NCBI GenBank assembly: GCA_050506795.1
Contig: JBJHCF010000015.1
Span: forward strand, 33,030 to 97,029
Length of the DNA stretch: 64,000 nt
DNA from: Opitutia bacterium
GTDB taxonomy: Bacteria > Verrucomicrobiota > Verrucomicrobiia > Opitutales > T3Sed10-336
Direction: 5' to 3'
Below, one piece after another: positions 52,723 to 63,846 of the stretch. The position numbers and the translations under genes are program-made. A model generated the notes under the pieces. That model did no database searches and was not told the DNA's origin. It worked only from the letters and a program-made list of their open reading frames with translations. Within the stretch, counting starts at the first letter, position 1. Each line of letters opens with the position of its first letter.

Positions 52723-53409
52723 TTACGGCTGCTGCGGCGCTTGCTGCTGCGGTCCCGGTTGTGGTTGCTGCTGCGGTTGCTGCTGCGGCTGTTGTTGCTG
52801 CATGAACTGCTGCTGAAGCACGGCGAATTCCTGTTGCAGGTTTTCGTATTCTCCAAGCAGGCGGTCTGTGGCCTCGTCGATTTCGTTCATGGCGGCCATA
52901 AGGGCCTGGTTGAACTCGTCACGGGCTTCCAGGAGTTCCTCATCCTGAATCAACTGTTGCTCGACGGGGGCCAGTTGCTGCTGGACCTGTTGATATTCGG
53001 TTTGCAGGCGCTGAAAGCTTTCGGGGTCCGCCTGAGGGTCCAACTCATCGAGTTCCTTGGTGATCTCCCGCTGACGTTCGATCTGCTCTTCAAGTTCGGG
53101 CGCCGCGGCCAGCATCTTTTCGCTGATCATGTCCTGGAATTCTTCGCGGGCTTCAGTGATGTCATCCCGTTCCAGGGCTTCCTCCTGAATGGCGATGAGC
53201 CGTTGAGTGACCTCTTGCAGCTGGGTTTGGATCTGTTGCAACTGTTGCTGGATCTGCTGCCCGGGCTGCTCCTGTGGCTGTGGTTGTGCCGGTTCCTGCG
53301 GAGGCGCCGTTTCCTGCGCCACCATGACGGAACCCGCAATGCTTAAGGACAAGCCGGTGGCTGCCACGAGTTTCCATTGTCGGTGAATCTTATCGGTTAG
53401 GATTTTCAT
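52723..53409 (-). CDS. Secreted Gln/Glu-rich coiled-coil protein
   Basis: Signal peptide, helical Q/E-rich core, PQQQ tail. Confidence 0.85.
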   Translation of the reverse strand: MKILTDKIHRQWKLVAATGLSLSIAGSVMVAQETAPPQEPAQPQPQEQPGQQIQQQLQQIQTQLQEVTQRLIAIQEEALERDDITEAREEFQDMISEKMLAAAPELEEQIERQREITKELDELDPQADPESFQRLQTEYQQVQQQLAPVEQQLIQDEELLEARDEFNQALMAAMNEIDEATDRLLGEYENLQQEFAVLQQQFMQQQQPQQQPQQQPQPGPQQQAPQQP

Positions 53410-53422
53410 ACCGTTGGACTAA

Positions 53423-53439
53423 CGCAGGGGCCGTGCCAG
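53423..53439 (-). promoter_or_regulatory. Sigma-54 (-24/-12) promoter
   Basis: Minus strand CTGGCACGGCCCCTGCG; adjacent to an NtrC-type activator gene. Confidence 0.7.
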
Positions 53440-53645
53440 AACGGCGAAGGAATTGGGGCACCTTTTAGCAGATTCTATGTAAGCATTTGAATATCAGGTG
53501 GAAAAATTCTGAAGTGGAATTCGTGGCCTGGTAGGTGAAAACGAAGTGGTGCCGATTGAGATCACTTCACGTGTGCGGATTCCGCACATGTTTCGGATTG
53601 ATCGATCGATTAATGAGTCCGATGAGGCGGGCTGCTTACTCATTA

Positions 53646-55121
53646 TCAGGCGCCGGGAGAAGGTTCCTCGTCGGCGCCATCGAGTTTTTTGAGGTATTCG
53701 TACAGGGTGCGCCGTCCGATCCCAAGCAGGGCCGCCGCGCGCCGCTTGTTTCCCTGACAGCGTTCCAGGACATGCCGGACATACTTGAGCTTCAATTCCT
53801 CCAGGGGAGCGATTCGGCGATCGTCCATTTCCAGACCGGACCATCCCTGCGTTTCACCGGCGTCGTTGGAGGCCGGGGGCAGGGAGGTCTTGCCGCGGAT
53901 TCGCTCGGGGAGGTCTTCCGGTCGAACGGTGCTCTCGTGGCAGAAGGTCACCGCCCGTTTGATGGCGTTTTGCAGTTCCCTGACGTTACCCGGAAAAGGG
54001 TAGTTGCGCAGGAGATCCAGAGCTTCCGCCGAAAACCCCCGCACGTTTTTCCCGATTTCCCGGCTGTACTGGGAAAGAAACCGAATCGCCAGCAATTCCA
54101 GGTCCTCGCCGCGCCGGCGCAGGGGAGGCAGGTTCAGGGCGAAGGTCTCCAGGCGAAAGTAGAGGTCCTCGCGGAACCGGCCCGCCGTCACCGCCCGCGC
54201 CAGGTCGCGGTGGGTCGCGACCACCACCCGCACATCGATGGCTTTTTCCTGGTTGCCGCCAACCGGACGAATCTTTCCGTCCTGCAGCACCCTCAGGAGT
54301 TTGGCCTGCATGGCCAGGGGGAGTTCGGCGACCTCGTCTAGAAAAAGGACTCCCTGATGCGCTTCCTCGAAGAGGCCTTTCTTGGTCTTGCGCGCGCCCG
54401 TGAAGGCGCCTTCAACGTGCCCGAAGAATTCGCTTTCGAGGAGGTTTTCAGGCATTCCCGCACAGTTGACGGGGACGAAGGGCTTGTCCCGGCGATCACT
54501 TTCCCGGTGAATGGCCTCCGCGACGAGTTCCTTGCCGCTGCCGCTTTCCCCGTGAATCATGACCGGACCGCTGGATTTCGCGATCTGTTGAATCTGATAG
54601 TAGAGTTTTCTCATCGGCTTGCTGCTGCCGATGATGTCGTGGAAGCGGGGCGTGCGGTCGGACCGGCGGAAGCGTTCCACCTCGAGGCGAAGTCGGCGCA
54701 CCTCCAGGGCGCGTTCCAGGCAGAGGAGAAGGTGATCGAAATCCAGCGGTTTGGTCAGAAAATTGTCCGCGCCCGACTTCAGCGCTTCCACCGCCTCGGG
54801 AATGGTTCCGAACGCGGTGATGACCAGGAAACAGGGCGATTGCGGTCCGGCCCGCACGGCTCGGAGCAGACTGAAACCGTCCTCTCCGGGCAAACGAAGG
54901 TCGCTGATGACGACGTCCGGATGCCAGGAACTCATGACTTCCAGCGCCTCTTCCGCCGAAGCCACCGAGTGCACCGCGTAACCGGCTTCCTTGACTTCGT
55001 CCGCCAGCATGGCCCGCAATTGGTCGTCGTCCTCCACCACCAGGATGCGCTCCATGAGCCCGGTGTCTTTCGCGTTTCCGTTGTCGGCCGCTTCGGTTTT
55101 TTCCAGCGTTTCTCCGGTCAT
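53646..55121 (-). CDS. Sigma-54-dependent response regulator (NtrC family)
   Basis: Receiver domain, [21 protein letters not shown], Fis-type HTH; ATGA overlap with the kinase. Confidence 0.95.
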   Translation of the reverse strand: MTGETLEKTEAADNGNAKDTGLMERILVVEDDDQLRAMLADEVKEAGYAVHSVASAEEALEVMSSWHPDVVISDLRLPGEDGFSLLRAVRAGPQSPCFLVITAFGTIPEAVEALKSGADNFLTKPLDFDHLLLCLERALEVRRLRLEVERFRRSDRTPRFHDIIGSSKPMRKLYYQIQQIAKSSGPVMIHGESGSGKELVAEAIHRESDRRDKPFVPVNCAGMPENLLESEFFGHVEGAFTGARKTKKGLFEEAHQGVLFLDEVAELPLAMQAKLLRVLQDGKIRPVGGNQEKAIDVRVVVATHRDLARAVTAGRFREDLYFRLETFALNLPPLRRRGEDLELLAIRFLSQYSREIGKNVRGFSAEALDLLRNYPFPGNVRELQNAIKRAVTFCHESTVRPEDLPERIRGKTSLPPASNDAGETQGWSGLEMDDRRIAPLEELKLKYVRHVLERCQGNKRRAAALLGIGRRTLYEYLKKLDGADEEPSPGA

Positions 55122-56629
55122 GCGGTGACGACTTCCTGTGGTTTTGAGCTCATGGCTTTCACACGCGACTCGGCCGATGGAAACAGCAGATCGAAGCGGG
55201 CGCCGCCTTCGGGCGCCTCGGTGATTTCCACCCGGCCGTCGTGCTCGTTCACCACCTGCTGCACGATCGCCAGGCCCAGGCCGCGGCCGCGCCGTGCATC
55301 CTTGGTGGTAAAGAATGGACTGAAGATTTTCTCCCGCATTTCCGCCGGTATCCCCGGTCCTTCGTCGGCGACCGTGAAACGGACTCCCTGGTCCCCGGCT
55401 TCCCACTCGAAGTGCACCGTTCCTTCGTTCGATGCCTGGAGCGCGTTCTGGATCAGGTTCTTCAGGGCCAGTTCGATTCGTATCGGATCCCCGTATACCG
55501 TGGGCCCGGGCCTGGGTCCCTCCGGCCTCAGCCGGCTGGCGCTGCCGTCGACCATGCGTTCGGCTCCGCGCAGGGCTCGGTCCGCCAGTTGATCGGCCGG
55601 GATTTCGCGATGGCGGGCGCTGGCCGGTTTGCCGAATTCGAGCAATTGCCGGACCACGTTCTCCATGCCGCGAACCTCCTCCCGGATTTCGCGAAGGTAC
55701 GTCTGCATTTCCTCGGGATCCTTTCCCGGGCGCAGGGCGCGTTGGGCTTTGCCGTCGAGAACGCTCAGAGGGGCGCCGAGTTCGTGCGCCACCCCGGCCG
55801 CCATTTCGCCGAGCGCCGCGAGTTTTTGGGAAGATTTCAGCTTTTCGGTCAGGCTTGCCTGGGCGGCGCGGCCGGCTTCGATTTCGCGTTCGGCGGCGAT
55901 CATGGAGTCGAGCATGCGGTTAAGTGATCGCGCCAGTTCGGCGATCTCGCGCGGGCCTTCCGTCGAGGCCCGGTGCCGGCGATCCCCTTCGCGCACGCGG
56001 CTCATGGATTTGCGGAGACGTCCGAGCGAACGTCCCAGAGCGCCCTGGTATCCGAGGAGGACAATACCTGTCATCAGCCCGGTGCCCGCCAGGAGGTAAA
56101 TAGCCGCCATGCCGCGCAGGCGGGAGAGGTATTCCTTGATTTCGCTCTCTCGCCGCGCGATCTGCAGCAGGCCGATCACTTCCCCGGCGGAACCCTCCAA
56201 CGGCACGAAATAGGAATAGACGTTCCGGCCGTGCACCTGCCCGTACTCGCCGGTGCGTCGCTCCGCCTCCACCACCCGGGTAATACGATCGCGCAATTGG
56301 CGGTTGGTCGAAACCGTTCCGGCGGCCGCCACCATGACCCCGTTCTGGTCGTACAGGTAGGCTCCGTAGATGCGGCCGATGTCGAAAACCGAATCCAGGG
56401 TTTCCTGCACCGTGCCTCCGCGTTCGCGTTCCATGGAACGGCTGAGCGGTCCCTGCACCGCGCGGGCCACCAGTTCCACATCCTTTTGCATCTGGGACTC
56501 CAGATGATCCTCAAGCTTCGCGAGGACAAAATAACCGAGCCCCAGCACGAAAAGGCCGAGCGGCAGGACCACAAAGAGCAGCAGCCTGGTCGCGAGGCTG
56601 GCGTGGTTATGCAGTTTTCTTTTCAGCAC
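55118..56629 (-). CDS. HAMP-domain sensor histidine kinase
   Basis: Two TMs, [28 protein letters not shown]. Confidence 0.95.
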   Translation of the reverse strand: MLKRKLHNHASLATRLLLFVVLPLGLFVLGLGYFVLAKLEDHLESQMQKDVELVARAVQGPLSRSMERERGGTVQETLDSVFDIGRIYGAYLYDQNGVMVAAAGTVSTNRQLRDRITRVVEAERRTGEYGQVHGRNVYSYFVPLEGSAGEVIGLLQIARRESEIKEYLSRLRGMAAIYLLAGTGLMTGIVLLGYQGALGRSLGRLRKSMSRVREGDRRHRASTEGPREIAELARSLNRMLDSMIAAEREIEAGRAAQASLTEKLKSSQKLAALGEMAAGVAHELGAPLSVLDGKAQRALRPGKDPEEMQTYLREIREEVRGMENVVRQLLEFGKPASARHREIPADQLADRALRGAERMVDGSASRLRPEGPRPGPTVYGDPIRIELALKNLIQNALQASNEGTVHFEWEAGDQGVRFTVADEGPGIPAEMREKIFSPFFTTKDARRGRGLGLAIVQQVVNEHDGRVEITEAPEGGARFDLLFPSAESRVKAMSSKPQEVVTA

Positions 56630-56734
56630 GGTAGCAATAGTACCGGTACTACCGAATCAACGAAAGGGCAAACCGGTCGGGTCCCATCGTTAGTCCCTTA
56701 ATTCTGAAATCTTGCGCAAATCGCGCAAAATTTT

Positions 56735-56867
56735 CTGGAGGGCCATGCTCCCGCATGGCCGGAGTCGCCCCAAAAGCGGACGTGGCGATCACTCCCCTTC
56801 GCAATGGCCACCACGCCAGGCAAACCTTCCGGCGGCGGCGTGAGAGCGACGTCCTCCACGTAATTCC
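56735..56867. repeat. REP-like dispersed repeat, family B copy 2
   Basis: Homologous to 37835-37966. Confidence 0.8.
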
Positions 56868-57190
56868 TGATTGGTACCGGCTCCGCCGGGCTAGGTCGTC
56901 CGGCGTCGACCAGGCGAGTGGAATTGCGGTCGATCCGGAAACGATGCCCGTTCCGGGACAGAAACGCGCGTTGCTTTCGATCAGGTGGGACAGAATGACG
57001 CTTCCGTGAATGGCGAGATGGAGGGGTGTCCTTCTTTCATCGTTAACAAGAAGCTGGCATATAGTGCTTTATGATAATAAAACACCCGAGGGGGACCTCA
57101 TCTGCCGACGGTATGGAAAATGCAGTTGGATAGTTATCATTGAAGATCAAAACCTGAGTTTTTCGCTCAAAACCCGAACGGATTTTTACC

Positions 57191-59773
57191 ATGGATTCCA
57201 ATAAACTTACCGAAAATGCCCAGAAAGCCATTCTTGATGCCCAGCAGGAGGGTCGCCGGCGGAATCACAACGAAATTGATACCTTGCACCTGATGGCCGC
57301 CTTGCTCGCACAGGAGAACGGTCTAGTGCCTGGTTTGCTGCGCAAACTGGAGATTACCCCCAATGCCGTGGAGCTGGCGCTGGGGCGTGAGCTCGACCGT
57401 TTGCCCAAGGTGACCGGGAGTGTCGACACTTCGAAGATCTACGTGAGCCAGGCGTTTAACGACTCCCTTACCGCTGCGGAAAAGGAGGCGAAGAGCCTCA
57501 AGGACGAATTTGTCAGCGTGGAACACCTTTTCCTGGGGCTTCTCGAGACGGCCCGCCCCGCGGCGTTGAAAAAGCTCTTCGCAAGTTTCGGTCTGGAGCG
57601 GAAGCGGGTCCTCCAGAAGCTGAGCGAAATGCGCGGCGGGCAGCGGGTGACCAGCCGGAACCCGGAGGCCACGTACGAGGCGCTGGAGAAATACGGAGTC
57701 GACCTGGTGCAAATGGTCAAGAAGGGGAAAATCGATCCGGTGATCGGGCGCGATTCGGAGATTCGGCGTGTCATTCGTATCCTCTCCCGCAAGACAAAAA
57801 ACAATCCGGTGCTTATCGGTGAGCCCGGTGTCGGCAAGACCGCCATCGTTGAAGGACTGGCCCAACGCGTGGTGCGGGGAGACGTGCCGGAGGGGCTGAA
57901 GGACAAAACCATCTTCGCCCTGGATATGGGCTCGTTGCTGGCCGGGGCCAAATATCGCGGTGAATTCGAGGAACGTCTGAAGGCGGTTCTGCAGGAGATC
58001 AAGAACAGCGACGGACGCATCCTGCTCTTCATCGACGAACTCCACACCATCGTCGGCGCCGGCAAAGCGGAGGGCGCCATCGACGCGGGCAACATGCTCA
58101 AGCCAATGCTGGCCCGCGGAGAGCTTCATTGTATCGGCGCCACCACGCTCGATGAATACCGCAAGTATATCGAAAAGGACGCCGCGCTGGAACGGCGTTT
58201 TCAGACCGTCCTGGTCGACCAGCCCACCGTGGAGGACACCATTTCCATTCTCCGGGGTTTGCGCGAGCGCTTCGAACTCCATCACGGCGTGCGTATCCAG
58301 GACAACGCGCTGGTCAATGCGGCCGTGCTATCGCATCGCTACATAACCGACCGTTTCCTTCCGGATAAGGCCATCGATCTGGTGGATGAGGCCTGCGCCA
58401 TGATTCGCACGGAAATGGACAGCATGCCGACCGAGCTGGATGAACTGACCCGGAAGGTCATGCAGCTGGAAATCGAAGAGGCGGCCCTGAAGCAGGAAAA
58501 GGACGAGGCCAGCAAGCAGCGCCTGGAGGCGTTGAAAAAGGAACTGGCCGATGTGCGGGAAAAGGCCGGCGAACTCCGTCGCCAGTGGGAGGACGAAAAA
58601 GAAGAGGTGCAGAAAGTGCAAAAGGTCCGTGCCGAAATCGACGAGGTGAAGCTCGAAATGCAACGGGCCGAACGCAATTACGACCTCAACAAAATGGCGG
58701 AACTGCGCCACGGCCGACTGCCCCAGCTCGAAGCGGAACTTCAGCGCCTGGAGGCCGGTGAGTCGGAGAAAACGTTGCTTAAGGAAGAGGTCTCCCAGGA
58801 GGAAATCGGCGAAATCGTGTCCAAGTGGACCGGTATTCCCGTGACCCGCCTGCTGGAGGGCGAAAAGGAAAAACTCCTTCGGCTCGAGGAGGTTTTGCAC
58901 GAACGGGTGATCGGTCAGGACGAAGCCGTCACCGCCGTTTCCGAAGCCATCCTGCGCGCCCGTTCGGGAATCAAGGATCCGCGTCGTCCGATCGGCAGCT
59001 TCATCTTTCTCGGTCCCACCGGGGTGGGCAAAACCGAGCTGGCGAAAACGCTTGCCCGCAGCCTTTTCGATTCCGAGGACAATATCATCCGGATCGACAT
59101 GTCCGAGTACATGGAGAAACACTCTGTGGCCCGGCTTATCGGGGCGCCGCCGGGGTACGTTGGCTTTGAAGAGGGAGGACAACTCTCCGAGGCCGTTCGG
59201 CGAAAACCGTACTCCGTGATCCTCTTCGACGAAATCGAAAAAGCCCACCACGACGTGTTTAACGTGCTGCTCCAGGTGCTCGACGACGGGAGGATTACCG
59301 ATTCACACGGGCGCACCGTCGATTTCAAAAACACGGTGGTGATCATGACTTCCAATGTGGGAAGCCGTTATCTGATTGAGGGCGTGACCGGAGATTCGAT
59401 TCCCGAGTCGGTGCGCAATCAGGTTTTCAGCGAGCTCCGCCAGGGATTCCGGCCCGAGTTCCTGAACCGGGTGGACGACATCATCCTTTTCAAACCACTT
59501 TCCCTGGAGGAAATCGGTTCGATCGTCGAACTGCTCCTGGTCGATCTCAATCAACGCCTGGCCGATCGTCGCATCGAAGTCGAACTCGACGCCGACGCCC
59601 GCAAATGGGTTGGCGAAAAGGGATATGACCCGGTTTACGGCGCCCGGCCATTAAAGCGATTCCTGCAGAAGCAGATCGAAAACAAACTGGCCCGTGCGAT
59701 AATCGCCGGCGAGGTGGTCGAAGGAGGGAAGGTGCGTTTCGAGTTGGTCGACGACCAACTTGTGATGACTTGA
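57191..59773 (+). CDS. clpB: ATP-dependent chaperone ClpB
   Basis: Two AAA+ modules ([16 protein letters not shown]), middle coiled-coil, GAPPGYVG. Confidence 0.97.
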   Translation: MDSNKLTENAQKAILDAQQEGRRRNHNEIDTLHLMAALLAQENGLVPGLLRKLEITPNAVELALGRELDRLPKVTGSVDTSKIYVSQAFNDSLTAAEKEAKSLKDEFVSVEHLFLGLLETARPAALKKLFASFGLERKRVLQKLSEMRGGQRVTSRNPEATYEALEKYGVDLVQMVKKGKIDPVIGRDSEIRRVIRILSRKTKNNPVLIGEPGVGKTAIVEGLAQRVVRGDVPEGLKDKTIFALDMGSLLAGAKYRGEFEERLKAVLQEIKNSDGRILLFIDELHTIVGAGKAEGAIDAGNMLKPMLARGELHCIGATTLDEYRKYIEKDAALERRFQTVLVDQPTVEDTISILRGLRERFELHHGVRIQDNALVNAAVLSHRYITDRFLPDKAIDLVDEACAMIRTEMDSMPTELDELTRKVMQLEIEEAALKQEKDEASKQRLEALKKELADVREKAGELRRQWEDEKEEVQKVQKVRAEIDEVKLEMQRAERNYDLNKMAELRHGRLPQLEAELQRLEAGESEKTLLKEEVSQEEIGEIVSKWTGIPVTRLLEGEKEKLLRLEEVLHERVIGQDEAVTAVSEAILRARSGIKDPRRPIGSFIFLGPTGVGKTELAKTLARSLFDSEDNIIRIDMSEYMEKHSVARLIGAPPGYVGFEEGGQLSEAVRRKPYSVILFDEIEKAHHDVFNVLLQVLDDGRITDSHGRTVDFKNTVVIMTSNVGSRYLIEGVTGDSIPESVRNQVFSELRQGFRPEFLNRVDDIILFKPLSLEEIGSIVELLLVDLNQRLADRRIEVELDADARKWVGEKGYDPVYGARPLKRFLQKQIENKLARAIIAGEVVEGGKVRFELVDDQLVMT

Positions 59774-59853
59774 GGGTAAAAAGACGTCAGGCAACACGAC
59801 TGTTGACAAAAAACCGGGTTCAGCCGGAGCTGCTTCTTCCCCTCAAATTTTTA

Positions 59854-59897
59854 GTCCCACGTGGAAACACGCGTTCCGTTGAAATCGGTCTGCATGA
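59854..59897 (-). repeat. 44-bp direct repeat of 62745-62788 (coding remnant MQTDFNGTRVSTWD*)
   Basis: 42/44 identity. Confidence 0.9.
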
Positions 59898-59931
59898 ACC
59901 GGGCGAAGGAAGCATCGGCAGTTGTTGTCTT

Positions 59932-60957
59932 TTACGAATTCCTCGGCCTTGAGCGCATCCTGAACGCGGCGAAGGCAAGGAATGCAAGCATTGCGACTCC
60001 GCCGATCGTCCATGGCAAAACCGCACGGCCGCCCGTTTCTTGGCTCTCTTCAAGTGTTCCGGAATCCGGTTCAAGCATTTCGTTTTCCGATTCAGGGAGT
60101 ACGTTGAGAGGCGCCTCGTAATCCGCAGGTTCATCGTCGCGGTCAGGATCTTCGGTTTCCTCGTCCGGTTCCGGCTGCCTTTCCTGCCATTCCCGATACA
60201 GTTCCGTTCGCCTACCATGTGTTCTTCTCCGGATTTCAGTATTTATCTCCACCGTCCTGACCGCTTCGTCAACGAATGCATCCCCCCTCTCGAGTTCCTC
60301 TGAGAGTAGAGCCCGAAGGCGCTCGATTCCCCCTATTTCGCCAAGAACATTGAAACTGCGAATTGCAAAGTGGCGGGGCGTAACAATTTCGGGATCCATT
60401 CCGGCAGGTGCCCAATTCTGCTCCAATCGTCGCTTCTCCTCCCAGAACGACTCCTTCATCCTCGGCGCTAGAAATTCCTCACTTTTCTCAATACCGAAAC
60501 GCCCCACTGCAATATACCCAATGCGAAGCGTACTCATCACTACACCGGTGGGTAAATCAGAATTCTCCACTTCAATCAGACGGCCTGTTAGCCGTTGAAA
60601 ATCGACATGTTCAGGTTCCATGCTGGCCATGATTCCCAATGCGTGAAGCGATTCAGTCCAATAGTTTTGAAAACGATCATCCTCCAATAGAGTCAAACAA
60701 GCATCGGCGATATCGCTCGTTCCGGCAACAGAGTAGAAATCGCTGTGCATTAGGCCTTCAAAACGGTCAGGCTCATAGGGTTCTAGCTGAAAAATAAACC
60801 GAAGCGCTTCTTCCTGAGTTGGATCCACTGGAAAGTTATCCAAAATAGCACCAACGTCTTCCGGTCCAAATTGTTCGGGCAAAGGTTCACTTGCCAGTAC
60901 CAATAGGCTCAACGATACAGTTGCGATAAAAGATAGGAAAAATTGAGGCTTTGTCAT
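59932..60957 (-). CDS. Exported helical protein with acidic linker and C-terminal membrane anchor
   Basis: Signal peptide; C-terminal VLPWTIGGVAMLAFLAFAAF-RMRSRPR; ATGA overlap with the upstream ORF. Confidence 0.8.
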   Translation of the reverse strand: MTKPQFFLSFIATVSLSLLVLASEPLPEQFGPEDVGAILDNFPVDPTQEEALRFIFQLEPYEPDRFEGLMHSDFYSVAGTSDIADACLTLLEDDRFQNYWTESLHALGIMASMEPEHVDFQRLTGRLIEVENSDLPTGVVMSTLRIGYIAVGRFGIEKSEEFLAPRMKESFWEEKRRLEQNWAPAGMDPEIVTPRHFAIRSFNVLGEIGGIERLRALLSEELERGDAFVDEAVRTVEINTEIRRRTHGRRTELYREWQERQPEPDEETEDPDRDDEPADYEAPLNVLPESENEMLEPDSGTLEESQETGGRAVLPWTIGGVAMLAFLAFAAFRMRSRPRNS

Positions 60958-63347
60958 GGCATTACCGCATCATATTGATATTGTTTTACATGGGTCCGGT
61001 AGCCGGGGTCGGTTGTGCAGGGCGTTCCCCACATATAGTTATGGGTTTCACACTCGTGGTTAAGGCCTCGCACATGCGTGTGTTCGTGAATCATCGTGGA
61101 TGGGCCTGGTGTTGCTATCATAACTATTCCCGGTGTTCCTACCCTCGCGTAGCCGGCTAACGGGTTGCCGTCATGATTAATAATCGAATGTACAACATAT
61201 ACCCTTATAGCTTCCTCATCAATATAATCCCAAAGTGCTTGAGTTTGTACGGTGTCATTACGACTGATTTCATTATAGGTGTTCGGCTCATCCCTAAATT
61301 CCTGTCCCGGATAAAATGCGATCGGCATGAGAATGTCGTTGCCGCCGTGGTAGTTTCTCACCTCGTCGCTATTACTGATATCGCCAAAATGTGTGTCTTT
61401 CACAGCATCGGCATAAGAAGTCCGCATGCTCTTAATGGTCGCCGTTGGAACGACCGTGACTTTGACCCTGTCCTCGATCTGAACGGCTCCATTCCACTCA
61501 AATTCCAGCTTCACAGTGCCCTGGCCGGTGCTCAAGCCTTCGACCCAGAGGACGCTCAGTGGCTGCATCAAGTCGAGCAATTCCTGTTTCTCCGCCGCAT
61601 TCGACAAGTCCCAGGTTCGGCTTGATGTCCCGAGGGTCGACCCGGCAATGCCGATGTTCGCATTGCTCGGCGCGGGCGTGATGATTATTCCATCCGTTTT
61701 CGCCAGCAGGAGGTTGCTGTATGCTTTGCTGAAGCGCTCTTTCCAGATTCGTATGCCAAATTCTCCGAAATCTCGTTCAATTGATAAAGTGACCTTTCCT
61801 GAATCCATAGATTCGATTCCCGGAGCATAGATACGCAAAGCGGCGCTGTCATTGTCGCCTGAAACGGTGGTGCCGCTCGAGATGTGGAGCATATCCGGAA
61901 CGCCGCTGGAATTGTCGTCGTCATTGTTAACCGCGATGAACATGCCGACGGTTTCTTTCTCATTTGCAGGCAACTGGAATGAAAGTGGCTGGTCAGGTAA
62001 CAATTGAGCCAGGATTTGATGGGATTCGTCAGCGTATTTTGAGGCATGCAATTCCACCGGAATCAACAACGCCTCCTTGCCGGGGGTGGGGTTCTCGGAT
62101 CCAAAAAAATCAAGTGTTCCCAGCAGTCCGTCCTTATTGTCCACGATCCAATGATTTTCGAGAACGAAGAAACGGTTTTGCCCTTCATGGGTGACACCGG
62201 TTCCAAGAACTTTAGTTCCGGGCATGCCATTAACCTGTGCTTCCCAGTCGTAGTCGGGTTGGTTTAGATTGGTTGCTACATGGGAAATGGTGATTCGGTA
62301 GCCGTTACCGCGGCGGAGCTTAACGGTTTGCTCTTTCACGCCGCCGAATCCTTGGTTGTGGAAACTCATCTGACGAAAATCCTCCGGTCCGGTGCCTTCA
62401 ATAATCATCCTCCATTGCTCTGATTGGCTTCCGCTCGGATCTCCGACAGTGAACTGGACTTCGACGATATCCGTTGCTTCCGGAGGCAACCCGTCGTCGT
62501 TCGGGTTGAGGGGGTCGAGACCGTTGTCAACTTTCCAGCCGTCGGAGAGCAAGTCTCCACTGGTGTCCCACTTGTCCGGGTCGGTGCCGTGGAGGTATTC
62601 TTCGTAGTTGGTCAATCCGTCGCCGTCGGGATCGGCGTTGGGATCTACGTCGAGCTCACTGAATTGGTGCAGTTCCCAGGCATCCGGGAGACCGTTACCG
62701 GTACTGTCTACCCACGAAAAAGGATCCGTTCCGAGTTGCAGTTCGTCCCAGGTGGAAACGCGCGTTCCGTTGAAATCGGTCTGCATGATCGGAGCCTGCG
62801 GATCATAGGTGTGGATCAGTCGTAGAAAAAAGCGATCCTTGTTGCTGGCGAAGCCGTATTCGATCGTTTGGTCGGCGCCCGGTTCGACGATTCCCGTCCA
62901 ATCCCAGTTTTCGAGATCTTCGGAGCCTTGCACAAAGTAATAATGGCCGGATCTTGCGAACCAGGAAAAAGTGTAGGCGTCAGTGGTCGAATCGTAGGTC
63001 AAGCGAGTGTCTTCGTTGTGACGAAGGTCCGGTACGCCACCCATCAAGCGGGCGATACGGCGATGCGTCAGATCACGGTAAAATCGAAAATTGCCTGCGA
63101 GTAATATTCGCCCGTTTTGATCCAAAACCAGGCTGCGGACCCTATCGTCGGGGCCGGTTCCCGGATCGAAGCTGGGATCCAGGAATCCCCCGGGGTGGAG
63201 TCGCGCGATCCGGCGTCGAGTTTCTTCCGCGATCGACACGAAATTTCCGCCGATGAGCACACGTCCCATTGAGTCCTCAAGCACGACGTGAACCGTACTG
63301 TTGATTGGACCCGGGTTGAAGGAGAGGTCGCGTTCACCGTTCGCCAA
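60954..63347 (-). CDS. Multidomain protein with delta-60 repeats, DxDGDG Ca-binding repeats and C-terminal metzincin-like motif; probably 5'-truncated
   Basis: IARLHPGGFLDPSF, DPDGDGLTNYEEY, HEHTHVRGLNH..M. Confidence 0.8.
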   Translation of the reverse strand: MANGERDLSFNPGPINSTVHVVLEDSMGRVLIGGNFVSIAEETRRRIARLHPGGFLDPSFDPGTGPDDRVRSLVLDQNGRILLAGNFRFYRDLTHRRIARLMGGVPDLRHNEDTRLTYDSTTDAYTFSWFARSGHYYFVQGSEDLENWDWTGIVEPGADQTIEYGFASNKDRFFLRLIHTYDPQAPIMQTDFNGTRVSTWDELQLGTDPFSWVDSTGNGLPDAWELHQFSELDVDPNADPDGDGLTNYEEYLHGTDPDKWDTSGDLLSDGWKVDNGLDPLNPNDDGLPPEATDIVEVQFTVGDPSGSQSEQWRMIIEGTGPEDFRQMSFHNQGFGGVKEQTVKLRRGNGYRITISHVATNLNQPDYDWEAQVNGMPGTKVLGTGVTHEGQNRFFVLENHWIVDNKDGLLGTLDFFGSENPTPGKEALLIPVELHASKYADESHQILAQLLPDQPLSFQLPANEKETVGMFIAVNNDDDNSSGVPDMLHISSGTTVSGDNDSAALRIYAPGIESMDSGKVTLSIERDFGEFGIRIWKERFSKAYSNLLLAKTDGIIITPAPSNANIGIAGSTLGTSSRTWDLSNAAEKQELLDLMQPLSVLWVEGLSTGQGTVKLEFEWNGAVQIEDRVKVTVVPTATIKSMRTSYADAVKDTHFGDISNSDEVRNYHGGNDILMPIAFYPGQEFRDEPNTYNEISRNDTVQTQALWDYIDEEAIRVYVVHSIINHDGNPLAGYARVGTPGIVMIATPGPSTMIHEHTHVRGLNHECETHNYMWGTPCTTDPGYRTHVKQYQYDAVMP

Positions 63348-63505
63348 CAGGCGAACAAGTCTGGACGCGGGAGACGATTGTTCTTTATTAAGTGCCTTTT
63401 AATCAAGTTGATGGAACGCTGAAAAGCAAGGAATTTATCAAGACCTTACGAGATAACGAACTATTGGGTCGTTTTGTCAACCCTCAGGCTCGGGCACAAT
63501 CGGAT

Positions 63506-63739
63506 GTGTCATCGCGGATTCCCAGAAGTGAGCAAACCGAAGAGCTGAAAAAGTTCGGGGTCCGGGTGCGGAACGAGAGATTGGCCCGGGCGCTGACTCA
63601 AGAGGAACTGGCGGAAGCGGCCGAGCTAGCGGTGCGCTCCTTGCAGAAGATCGAAGCCGGTCAGATCAACATCCTGATCACAACCGCCCGGCGGTTGCGG
63701 CGGGCGTTGGGGTGCCCCTGGGAGAGGCTGCTGGACTGA
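63506..63739 (+). CDS. XRE-family HTH regulator
   Basis: FGVRVRNERLARALTQEELAEAAEL..RSLQKIEAG. Confidence 0.85.
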   Translation: MSSRIPRSEQTEELKKFGVRVRNERLARALTQEELAEAAELAVRSLQKIEAGQINILITTARRLRRALGCPWERLLD

Positions 63740-63846
63740 TTCAACCCTGGAGCCATTCTTTTGGATTCCAGGCGGGGACGGCGCCGTTGCGGGGTGACTT
63801 GTATGATTTGAAGACATCGGTAGCACGTTTTGACCGCCATTAGTCC

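Noticed and set aside
57040..57190. CIRCE or sigma-54 site upstream of clpB
   Set aside because: No TTAGCACTC-N9-GAGTGCTAA match, and TGGCATATAGTGC has the wrong GG-GC spacing.
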